A DNA stretch of 34,080 nt from the NCBI GenBank assembly GCA_013362195.1, contig JABFWM010000098.1, positions 1 through 34,080 of the forward strand. The letters run 5' to 3'. Each line of letters starts with the position of its first letter. The stretch's first letter is position 1. Source of the stretch: Acidobacteriota bacterium (GTDB lineage Bacteria > Acidobacteriota > Vicinamibacteria > Vicinamibacterales > 2-12-FULL-66-21). Below the pieces are notes generated by a model that made no database searches, was not told the origin of the DNA, and saw only the letters and a list, made by a program, of their open reading frames with translations. The position numbers and the translations under genes were made by a program. Positions 1 through 7,674 of the stretch are shown here, in pieces.

Positions 1-429
1 GGCGCGCTCTACAACATGGCCGCGCGGCAGCGGCCGTTGGCCGAGGCGATGGCACGGGCCATCGCCGCGTTCGATCGGTCGTTGATCATGTTCGGCCTCC
101 CGAACTCGCCGATGATCGACGCGGCGCGCGAGGCCGGACTGTTCGTCGCCGCGGAAGGCTTTGCCGATCGCGCCTATCGGCCGGACGGGTCGTTGCTGCC
201 GCGAACGGAGGCCGGCGCGGTGATCCACGACCCTGACGTCGTCGTCCAGCGTGCGTTGCGAATGGTGCGCGACGGGGTCGTGCTGACGGCGGACGGACGC
301 GAGGTGTCGCTGAAGATCGACACGATCTGCGTACACGGCGACACGCCGGGCGCCGCCGACCTCACCGCACGGATCCGCGCGGCGCTCGTCCGCGCCGGTG
401 TCCACGTGCAGCCGGTGGGCGCGCGCTGA
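1..429 (+). CDS. pxpA: LamB/YcsF family protein (5-oxoprolinase subunit A), 5'-truncated by the window edge
   Basis: Frame open from base 1 (GALYNMAA...); motifs EGFADRAY..DGSL.PR and DTICVHGDTPGA are typical of LamB/YcsF. Confidence 0.9.
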   Translation, partial: GALYNMAARQRPLAEAMARAIAAFDRSLIMFGLPNSPMIDAAREAGLFVAAEGFADRAYRPDGSLLPRTEAGAVIHDPDVVVQRALRMVRDGVVLTADGREVSLKIDTICVHGDTPGAADLTARIRAALVRAGVHVQPVGAR

Positions 430-1646
430 TGCAGTGGTGGCGCGGCGCCGATCGCGAGGCGCGGCGCGCGCTCGTCGCGGGCACGGTGGGGTGGATGCTC
501 GATGCGTTCGACGTCATGTTGTTCGCGCTCGTGCTCCCCGCAGTCATCGTCGATCTTGGGTTGAGCAGAGCGCAGGGCGGATTGCTCGGCTCGATCACCC
601 TGGTCGCCGCGGCCGCCGGCGGGATTGCGTTCGGCTGGATCGCCGATCGCTTCGGACGGACCCGCGCGATGATGCTGAGCGTCGCGCTCTATTCGATCTT
701 CACCGCCGCGTGCGGTCTTGCCGGATCGTTCAGCGCGTTCGCCTGGTGCCGGATCGGGCTCGGCATCGGCATGGGCGGCGAGTGGGCGAGCGGCGCCGCG
801 CTCGTCAGCGAGTCGTGGCCGGCGGAGCATCGCGGCAAGGCGCTCGGGCTCATGCAGAGCGGCTGGGCGATCGGCTACGCGCTCGCCGCGATCGTCAGCG
901 GCGTGGTGCAGCCCCGCTTCGGATGGCGGGCGGTGTTCTTCGTCGGCATCCTGCCCGGCTTCTTCGCCATCTGGATCCGCCGTCGTGTCAAGGAGCCGGA
1001 GATCTGGCGTACGCGCGGCGCAGCCGCGCACGCGCGCGGGCGGATCCCCGCCGTGTTTCAGCGGCGCCTCGCGCCGCTGACGATCGTGCTCACGCTCATG
1101 AACGCCTGCACGCTGTTTGCGTGGTGGGGATTCAACCTGTGGCTGCCAAGCTACCTCAAAGCTGCGCCTTCGCAGGGCGGCATCGGGCTTGGCGGCGGCG
1201 CCGCATCGGCGTTCGTCGCGATCATGCAGGTCGGGATGTGGATCGGCTACGTGACGTTCGGGTTCGTCTCCGATCGGTTCGGACGCAAGCGTGCGTACGT
1301 GGCGTATCTGATCGCCGCCGCCGCGCTGCTGGCGATCTACGTCACGATTCGCGTGCCGGCGGTCCTCTTGATGCTGGGTCCGGCGGTGGCGTTCGCCGCC
1401 ACCGGCTACTTCAGCGGCTTCGGCGCGGTCACCGCGGAGATCTACCCGACCGCGATCCGCGCCACCGCGCAGGGGTTCACCTACAACACGGGACGGCTGG
1501 TCAGCGCGTTCGCGCCGTATACGGTCGGAACGCTCGCGCAGACGCACGGCTTCGGCGCCGCGCTCCTCGTCTGTTCCGCCGCGTTCCTGCTGGCGGCCGT
1601 GTTCTGGATCTGGATTCCGGAGACGCGCGGTCGAGCGCTGACGTGA
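429..1646 (+). CDS. MFS transporter (aromatic/organic acid:H+ symporter-like)
   Basis: About 12 hydrophobic segments, motif A (GWIADRFGR; GFVSDRFGRK), GIGMGGEW, EIYPTAIRAT; TGATG coupling with pxpA. Confidence 0.9.
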   Translation: MQWWRGADREARRALVAGTVGWMLDAFDVMLFALVLPAVIVDLGLSRAQGGLLGSITLVAAAAGGIAFGWIADRFGRTRAMMLSVALYSIFTAACGLAGSFSAFAWCRIGLGIGMGGEWASGAALVSESWPAEHRGKALGLMQSGWAIGYALAAIVSGVVQPRFGWRAVFFVGILPGFFAIWIRRRVKEPEIWRTRGAAAHARGRIPAVFQRRLAPLTIVLTLMNACTLFAWWGFNLWLPSYLKAAPSQGGIGLGGGAASAFVAIMQVGMWIGYVTFGFVSDRFGRKRAYVAYLIAAAALLAIYVTIRVPAVLLMLGPAVAFAATGYFSGFGAVTAEIYPTAIRATAQGFTYNTGRLVSAFAPYTVGTLAQTHGFGAALLVCSAAFLLAAVFWIWIPETRGRALT

Positions 1647-1648
1647 GT

Positions 1649-1670
1649 GCCGGGCCTGAAGACGCGGCCT
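1649..1670 (+). repeat. Degenerate REP-like palindromic element (GCCGGGCCTGAAGACGCGGCCT)
   Basis: Similar CCTGAAG-cored elements at 7606-7627, 20136-20156 and, inverted, 20194-20216; all intergenic. Confidence 0.45.
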
Positions 1671-1712
1671 GCCTGCGCCCGCGATCGCCGCGTCACATAC
1701 AATACGCCTCGC

Positions 1713-2273
1713 ATGCGCCGGGTCCTGACCGCACTGCTCGCGACGCTCGCGCTCGCGACGTCATCCGGGTGCCTCGTCATCTCCCTCCAGCCCGCGTACG
1801 AGGACGACTGGCTCGCGTGGGATCCCGACCTGCTCGGCGCGTGGCGCGATGCGGACGACAATGCCTCGATGAGGATCGACGCAGCGGAATGGCGCTCGTA
1901 CCGCGTCCATTACGAGCATCCGAGCGAGAAGGGTGACGTCTCGGGCTTCCTGACGATCGTCGGCGACGAGCACTACCTCGACCTGATGCCGGCGCGCGGC
2001 GCGGATCGCGGCTCGTTCCTGCTGCCGGCGCACGTCATCCTGCGCGTCGGCCTGAATGGGGATCAACTGGCGCTCACGCCGCTGTCCTACGACTCGTTCG
2101 CGGATCGGTTGCGGGCGCGCCGGGCGCTGCCGGGCGCGCTCTCGACGGTGTTCGATCAGAAGCAGAACGCCCTCATCGTCGCGCCGACCGCGCGGTTGCG
2201 CGCCTGGCTGCGCGCGCAGCCGAGAGACGCCGCCGTCTGGGGCGCGCCGGTCACGTTCACGCGGATGAAATGA
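1713..2273 (+). CDS. Hypothetical lipoprotein
   Basis: MRRVLTALLATLALATSSG-C lipobox-type signal; ATG 1713 is preceded by a TACAAT -10-like hexamer at 1698-1703. Confidence 0.7.
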   Translation: MRRVLTALLATLALATSSGCLVISLQPAYEDDWLAWDPDLLGAWRDADDNASMRIDAAEWRSYRVHYEHPSEKGDVSGFLTIVGDEHYLDLMPARGADRGSFLLPAHVILRVGLNGDQLALTPLSYDSFADRLRARRALPGALSTVFDQKQNALIVAPTARLRAWLRAQPRDAAVWGAPVTFTRMK

Positions 2274-2497
2274 ACATGCTCAAAGGCTCGAAGACGGCCG
2301 TCGTCAAGAAGGTTCAGCCGGTCAGTATCCACGGCCAGCTGTCGCTCGATGTCTACTTCTACGATCCGGACGACCCGCAAGGACAAGTGAGCCTCGCGCG
2401 AGTCGGACAGGAATCAGTACCGCGGCGGCTCGAGCCGGGCGATCGCGTGGAGCTGCACTATGTGCTTGGGGTGGTCACGCACATCACGAAAGCGTGA
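2270..2497 (+). CDS. Small hypothetical protein (75 aa, beta-rich)
   Basis: ATGA overlap with the upstream gene; protein-like composition and GC3-rich codons. Confidence 0.7.
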   Translation: MNMLKGSKTAVVKKVQPVSIHGQLSLDVYFYDPDDPQGQVSLARVGQESVPRRLEPGDRVELHYVLGVVTHITKA

Positions 2498-2603
2498 ACA
2501 GCCTCCGTGAATCCGCGGCGGGCAGGGCCGGGCCGCAGCGCGGGGACCGAGAAGAATTGAGGTACACTTGACGTGTTTCCCGCCTGCTTCAGGAGTTCCT
2601 TCG

Positions 2604-3473
2604 ATGTGTTTCACGGGTTTCAGGGACGGCCGGCCCGTCTCCGTGGTTGCCGTTGTCCTGATCGCGGTCATGGCTGGCGCCGTCGGCATCGGCGCGCAGG
2701 CCGCGGCGCCGGCGCCTTTGCCGAAAGTCGAAACGCCGAAGGGCGCGCCGGCGAATCCTGAGACGTCGAAGAGTGAAGCCGGCAAGCAGGATGGCGAGCT
2801 GCCCGCCGCGCGTTCCATCATCGACCGCCACGTCAAGGCGGTAGGCGGACGCGACGCCATCCTGTCGCACACCTCGCAGCACGCGACCGGTACGTTCTCG
2901 GTGCCCGCGCAGGGGCTCACCGGTAGTGTCGAGATTTTCGGCGCCGCGAATCCGAACCGGACCGCGCTTCGCGTGCAGGTGCCGGGCCTTGGCGAGATCG
3001 CCAGCGGCTACGACGGATCGCACGGCTGGTCGATCTCGCCGCTGCTCGGACCGATGCTGCAGGTCGGCAAGGAGCTGGAGCAGGCGAAGTTCGACGCCGA
3101 TTTCTACGGCGACCTGCGCGATCCCAAACGCTACCGCAGCATGAAGACGGTGGAGAAGACGACCTTCGACAACCGGCCCTGCTACAAGGTCAGCCTCGTT
3201 CGTGAGGACGGCTCCGAAGATTTCGACTTCTACGACGCTTCGACGGGGCTGCGCGCCGGCAGCATGAACACCCGCGAAACCCCAATGGGCTCGGTGAAGA
3301 CGACGAGCATCGAAGGGGACTACAAGAAGTTCGGCAACCTGCTGCTGGCGACCACCGTGGTGCAGCAGATCATGGGCATCGAACAGAAGATCACGCTGGC
3401 GTCCATCGAGTTCGACAAGGTCCCGTCGTCCGCGTTCGACTTGCCCGCGCCGATCAAGGCCCTCATCAAGTGA
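2604..3473 (+). CDS. Secreted protein, LolA-like / outer-membrane lipoprotein-sorting-type fold (tentative)
   Basis: AGGAG RBS at 2591-2595; hydrophobic signal segment; IIDRHVKAVGG...GYDGSHGW...FYDASTGL...DYKKFG pattern. Confidence 0.65.
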   Translation: MCFTGFRDGRPVSVVAVVLIAVMAGAVGIGAQAAAPAPLPKVETPKGAPANPETSKSEAGKQDGELPAARSIIDRHVKAVGGRDAILSHTSQHATGTFSVPAQGLTGSVEIFGAANPNRTALRVQVPGLGEIASGYDGSHGWSISPLLGPMLQVGKELEQAKFDADFYGDLRDPKRYRSMKTVEKTTFDNRPCYKVSLVREDGSEDFDFYDASTGLRAGSMNTRETPMGSVKTTSIEGDYKKFGNLLLATTVVQQIMGIEQKITLASIEFDKVPSSAFDLPAPIKALIK

Positions 3474-4786
3474 GGCGGCGGTGTGCGGCCCTCGTCGCCG
3501 CGGCGGGGCTCACCGGCGCGATGCTGTGCGCCGCGCAGCCGCCGGAAGCGGAAGCGACCTTCGACAAGGTCTGGACCATCGTCCGCAATACGCACTTCGA
3601 TCCATCGTTCGACGTCGCCACGTGGGATCGCGCGCGCGCGGAGCTGCGTCCTAAGGCCATCGGCGCGAAGACGCCCGGCGAGTTGCGGGCCGTCCTTCGC
3701 GAACTGCTCGGCCGGCTCGGGCTCTCGCACTTCGCCGTCATCCCGGCCTCGCCCGATGGTCCCGACGATCACGTGAACCTCGGCGGTCAGCCGGGATTCG
3801 ACGTCCGCCTGATCGACCGGCAGCTCATCGTCAGCGCAGTGGATCCGGATGGCCCTGCCGTCTCAGCGGGTGTGAAGCCGGGATGGGCCGTTGAGCGCGT
3901 CGACGGCGTGCCGCTCCCGGATCGGCTCGCCGCGGTGCTGGACGGCGCGCCCGCGCGCATCGCCCAGCTCGAAGCCTGGCGACTCTCGCTCGGCGAGCTG
4001 CGCGGCGCTCCGGGCTCGACGCTCGAGGCGACGTTCGTCGACGGCAGCGGCGCGTCCATGAGGAAATCGATCCAGCGCATCGCCGAATCCGGCGAGCCCG
4101 TCACGGTCGGCAGTCTTCCGACGATGCACGTGCGCGTGCGTTCGTCGCTGATGCGCACCCCGGAGGGCGGCCGCGCGGGCGTGATTGCGTTCAACGTGTG
4201 GATGGCGGCCGTAGACGTGAAATTCCAGCAGGCCATCGATCGTTTCCGCGACGCGGACGGCGTGGTGATCGATCTGCGCGGCAACCCTGGCGGGCTCGCG
4301 GCGATGATCATGGGACTGGCCGGTCACTTCGTTTCCGAACCGCTGACGCTCGGCGTGATGAACGCACGCGGCGATCACGAACTTCGGTTCCGCGCGAATC
4401 CGCGCCTCGTGAGCGGGTCCGGCGACCGGGTGCAGCCGTTCCGCGGCCCGCTCGCGATCGTCGTGGATGGGCTGTCGGCGAGCGCGTCGGAGTGCTTCAC
4501 CGGCGGCTTGCAGTCGCTCGGCCGCGCGCGCGTGTTCGGCGAGACGACGATGGGGCAGGCCCTGCCGGCGTTGTTCGACACGCTTCCGAACGGCGACGTG
4601 TTCATTCACGCGTGGGGCGATTTCGTCACCGGCACGGGCGTGCGGATCGAAGGACGAGGCGTGGTGCCTGACGAAATCGTGCCCGCGACGCGCGCCGATT
4701 TACTCGCCGGACGCGATCGTCCGCTCGAGGCGGCGCTCGCCTGGATCGATCGCGAGCGGCGGAAAGGCCCGCAATCGGCAGACTAG
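3470..4786 (+). CDS. S41 family peptidase with PDZ-like domain
   Basis: Signal peptide; IDLRGNPGG, SASASE (catalytic Ser), IEGRGVVPD motifs; GTGA overlap. Confidence 0.9.
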   Translation: MRRRCAALVAAAGLTGAMLCAAQPPEAEATFDKVWTIVRNTHFDPSFDVATWDRARAELRPKAIGAKTPGELRAVLRELLGRLGLSHFAVIPASPDGPDDHVNLGGQPGFDVRLIDRQLIVSAVDPDGPAVSAGVKPGWAVERVDGVPLPDRLAAVLDGAPARIAQLEAWRLSLGELRGAPGSTLEATFVDGSGASMRKSIQRIAESGEPVTVGSLPTMHVRVRSSLMRTPEGGRAGVIAFNVWMAAVDVKFQQAIDRFRDADGVVIDLRGNPGGLAAMIMGLAGHFVSEPLTLGVMNARGDHELRFRANPRLVSGSGDRVQPFRGPLAIVVDGLSASASECFTGGLQSLGRARVFGETTMGQALPALFDTLPNGDVFIHAWGDFVTGTGVRIEGRGVVPDEIVPATRADLLAGRDRPLEAALAWIDRERRKGPQSAD

Positions 4787-4797
4787 AGTAACTATTG

Positions 4798-4827
4798 TTG
4801 CGCTTGGGTCGAGGCGTCTGTTAGACT
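4798..4827 (+). promoter_or_regulatory. Putative sigma-70 promoter (TTGCGC-N18-TAGACT, extended TG)
   Basis: Hexamers read directly in an AT-richer intergenic region upstream of 4891. Confidence 0.45.
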
Positions 4828-4890
4828 GGACGTGCCTACTAACGCGGTCTTTTCCCAGCCTATCTTTCAGGACAATTCGGGGGAAATTTG

Positions 4891-5517
4891 ATGGAGCAGC
4901 GCCGGCTGCGTCTCGGTGACATTCTGGACGACTATTGTCCGCGCGAGCGCCGTGTGACCAATCACGCGGTGGTCGCGATGATCGACGAAGACGTCAAGCA
5001 GACGCGGTGTACGACGTGCGACGCCGAGCACGTGTACAAGGGCGGACAAGCGCCGCGCCGCCGCAAGACGACGGCGCCCGCACTGACAGTTCCGGGAACA
5101 CCGATGACCGCACAGAACGAACCGCATCCTCATCACGATCCGGACGTCGCCGACGAACCGGTGGTCGCAGCCGCGGCGCCTGTCGAACCGGCGATGGCGG
5201 AGGCGCCGGAGTCCGAACAGGAACCCGACGCGCAGCCGATCACCTCCGACGAAGGCCCCGTTCATCGTCCGCTGATCCGCGCGACCCTGCCCCGTCCCGA
5301 GGGCATCAAGGTCGAACGCCCGGTGCCGGAATTCACGATCCGGCAGAACATCGGCGGACGCGGCAACGGCAGCTTCCGTGCGCGCGGCGGTCAGGGCAAC
5401 GGCGGCCGTCCCGGCGGCGGCGCGCGGTTCGGCCGCGGCCAGCACGGACAGGGCCGTGGCACGGGACAGGGCTTCGGACGCGGCGCGAGCGGACAGCAGA
5501 AGAAGCGCTCGCGCTGA
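4891..5517 (+). CDS. Hypothetical protein: N-terminal Cys/His (zinc-ribbon-like) domain, acidic/Pro linker, Gly/Arg-rich tail
   Basis: DDYCPRE...NH...CTTCDAEH; C-terminal RGG/GRG low-complexity tail; GGGGA RBS-like sequence. Confidence 0.75.
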   Translation: MEQRRLRLGDILDDYCPRERRVTNHAVVAMIDEDVKQTRCTTCDAEHVYKGGQAPRRRKTTAPALTVPGTPMTAQNEPHPHHDPDVADEPVVAAAAPVEPAMAEAPESEQEPDAQPITSDEGPVHRPLIRATLPRPEGIKVERPVPEFTIRQNIGGRGNGSFRARGGQGNGGRPGGGARFGRGQHGQGRGTGQGFGRGASGQQKKRSR

Positions 5518-5534
5518 TCGGTTCGCTCGCGCGG

Positions 5535-5740
5535 CATCCCGCATCCTCATCGCTCATCCGGGATTCTCCGATCGTCAATCCCGCGTCCCGACATCCCGAA
5601 TCCTCATCGTGCATCACCGATCACGGCGCGCGCGTCTGATTCGGGATTGACGATCACGGATTGAGGATCAAGGATGAAGGATCCCCGATGAGGGATCCTC
5701 GATGTGGGGGTCCCGAATCAGGGACAAGGGATGAGGGATG
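5535..5740. repeat. Degenerate heptamer-periodic region with internal inverted repeats upstream of fabI
   Basis: CATCCCG/CATCCTC-type units followed by GGATTGA/GGATCAA/GGATGAA/GGATGAG units; perfect 14-bp inverted repeat 5570-5583/5642-5655 and 11-bp inverted repeat 5636-5646/5711-5721. Confidence 0.7.
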
Positions 5741-6517
5741 GCAGCGGCAGCATTCGCAAACAAGACGGGGTTGATCGTCGGCGTCGCGAACAAGCGATCG
5801 ATCGCGTGGGCCATCGCGCAGGCGGTGGCCGGCGAAGGTGCGCGCCTGGCGCTGACGTATCAGGGGGAACGGCTCGAGGAGAACGTCCGCGAGCTGGCCG
5901 CGGGCCTCACCGGGGCGCTGGTGCTGCCGTGCGACGTGAGCGACGATGCGCAGGTCGCACGGGTGTTCGAGGAAATCGAGCGCTCGTTCGGCGGCCTCGA
6001 CTTCGTCGTGCATGGTGCGGCGTACGCGCCGCGCGACGAGTTGTCGAACCCCTTCGTGCACACGACGCGCGAGGGATTTCGTCTCGCCCTCGACGTCAGC
6101 GCCTACTCGCTGATCGCGCTCTCGCGCGGGGCGCTGCCCCTGATGGAACGGCGGGGCGGCGGAACGATTCTCACGCTGACCTATCTCGGCAGCGAGCGCG
6201 TCTTTCAGAACTACAACGTCATGGGCGTCGCGAAGGCGGCGCTCGAATCAACGGTGCGCTATCTCGCCGCGGATCTCGGTCCGAAGAACATCCGCGTCAA
6301 TGCGATCTCCGCCGGACCGATCAAGACGCTGGCCGCCGCCGGCATTTCCGGCTTCTCGTCGATCCTGCAGGTGTATCGCGATCGCGCGCCGCTGCGCCGG
6401 ACGGTGGAGACGTCGGAAGTGGCCGACGCCGCGGTGTTTCTGTTGAGCGACGCGGGACGCGCCGTCACCGCCGAAGTGCTGATGGTGGATGCGGGCTATC
6501 ACGCGACGGGCATGTAG
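5738..6517 (+). CDS. fabI: Enoyl-[ACP] reductase
   Basis: GVANKRSIAWAIA, YNVMGVAKAALE (YxxMxxxK), RVNAISAGPIKTLAA. Confidence 0.97.
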   Translation: MAAAAFANKTGLIVGVANKRSIAWAIAQAVAGEGARLALTYQGERLEENVRELAAGLTGALVLPCDVSDDAQVARVFEEIERSFGGLDFVVHGAAYAPRDELSNPFVHTTREGFRLALDVSAYSLIALSRGALPLMERRGGGTILTLTYLGSERVFQNYNVMGVAKAALESTVRYLAADLGPKNIRVNAISAGPIKTLAAAGISGFSSILQVYRDRAPLRRTVETSEVADAAVFLLSDAGRAVTAEVLMVDAGYHATGM

Positions 6518-6545
6518 GCCGGCCGGTTGGAGTACCGTGGCTTCG

Positions 6546-6848
6546 ATGACGCCTGCCAGATCGCTTCTCTTCCTGATCCTGCTCACACCCGCCATTTTCG
6601 CCGCCGGCTGCGGCGCCGGCGCCGCGATCAATCGCACGATCGACGACGCGACGCTGACCACCCAGGTCAAGACGGCGCTCCTGAACGCCCCTGACATCGA
6701 TGCCACGCAGATCGACGTCGAGACCTCCGCCGCGGTCGTGACGCTCAGGGGCCTCGTCCGGAACAAGGACGACGAAGCGAAGGCCATCGACGCCACGCGC
6801 CGCGTCAAGGGCGTTCGCGACGTGCGGTCGGAGTTGAAGGTTCAGTAG
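6546..6848 (+). CDS. BON-domain lipoprotein
   Basis: FAAG-C lipobox; DDATLTTQVKTALL...IDVET..VVTLRG...VKGVRDVRSEL BON pattern. Confidence 0.88.
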   Translation: MTPARSLLFLILLTPAIFAAGCGAGAAINRTIDDATLTTQVKTALLNAPDIDATQIDVETSAAVVTLRGLVRNKDDEAKAIDATRRVKGVRDVRSELKVQ

Positions 6849-6871
6849 GGGCGGGCCGCGGGAGGCGCGCG

Positions 6872-7564
6872 TCAGTATTCCTCGCTGCGAATCCGTGCCG
6901 CGGGCACGCCCAGCGCGCCCAGGATCGTCCGCACTTCGCCGATCATCGACGGCGGTCCACACACGAACGACAGCGTCTCCTCGTCGGCGAGCGGCGTCAG
7001 GATGTCGCTGCCGGCGCGCCCGCGCGAGTGCCGCCACCGATCGGCCATGCCGGTCAGGGTCAGCTTCAGCCTGATGGCGCCGCTCCGCGCCATCGCCCGC
7101 AGCTCCGCCAGGTACGCGAACTCGGACGGCGTTCGCGCCGAGTAGACGAGCGTCTTCTCTCCGGGCACGTTCGCGTCCAGCGCGTGGCGCAGCATCGAGC
7201 GCAGCGGCGCGATGCCGGTGCCGCCGGCGATGAACAGGAACCGTCGCTCCGCTGGCGCATCGGGAAACACGAACGACCCCATCGGACCGAGCAGCAGGAC
7301 CGTCGAACCACGCCGCAGCTCGCGGACGTGGGAGCCGAAGCGGCTCGCCTGATCCGTCTTGACCAGGAACTCGAGCCAGCCGTGACGTGCGGTCTCTGAC
7401 GGAGACGAGGCGATCGAGTACGGCGTCCGCTCGCGCTCGGGAGTGACGCGAAGAAAGGCCGCCTGTCCTGCACGGTAAGTGAAAGGGACGTCGCCGAGGG
7501 CCAGCCGGAGGACACGCGTCGTCGGCGTCGCGCGTCGATTCGACGCGACCTTCACGGGGAGCAC
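6872..7564 (-). CDS. FAD/NAD(P)-binding oxidoreductase (ferredoxin-NADP reductase family)
   Basis: RTPYSIAS, GPMGSF, FIAGGTGIAP, VCGPPSM, C-terminal EEY; GTG start 6 nt after TACACT. Confidence 0.9.
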   Translation of the reverse strand: MLPVKVASNRRATPTTRVLRLALGDVPFTYRAGQAAFLRVTPERERTPYSIASSPSETARHGWLEFLVKTDQASRFGSHVRELRRGSTVLLLGPMGSFVFPDAPAERRFLFIAGGTGIAPLRSMLRHALDANVPGEKTLVYSARTPSEFAYLAELRAMARSGAIRLKLTLTGMADRWRHSRGRAGSDILTPLADEETLSFVCGPPSMIGEVRTILGALGVPAARIRSEEY

Positions 7565-7674
7565 ACTGCGAGTGTAACCGCTTGCGGATTTGCGACCGTG
7601 GCGGCGGCGGACCTGAAGACCTGCGCCGCGGCGGGCACTGGTGAGGCCGGACCGTCGGCCCGGCGCTCGCCGCG

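Noticed and set aside
2232-2245. GCCGTCTGGGGCGC (AVWGA) in the lipoprotein C-terminus, identical to 14 nt of the mini-ORF at 10174-10187
   Set aside because: Single short GC-rich match in an unrelated gene 8 kb away; most likely chance
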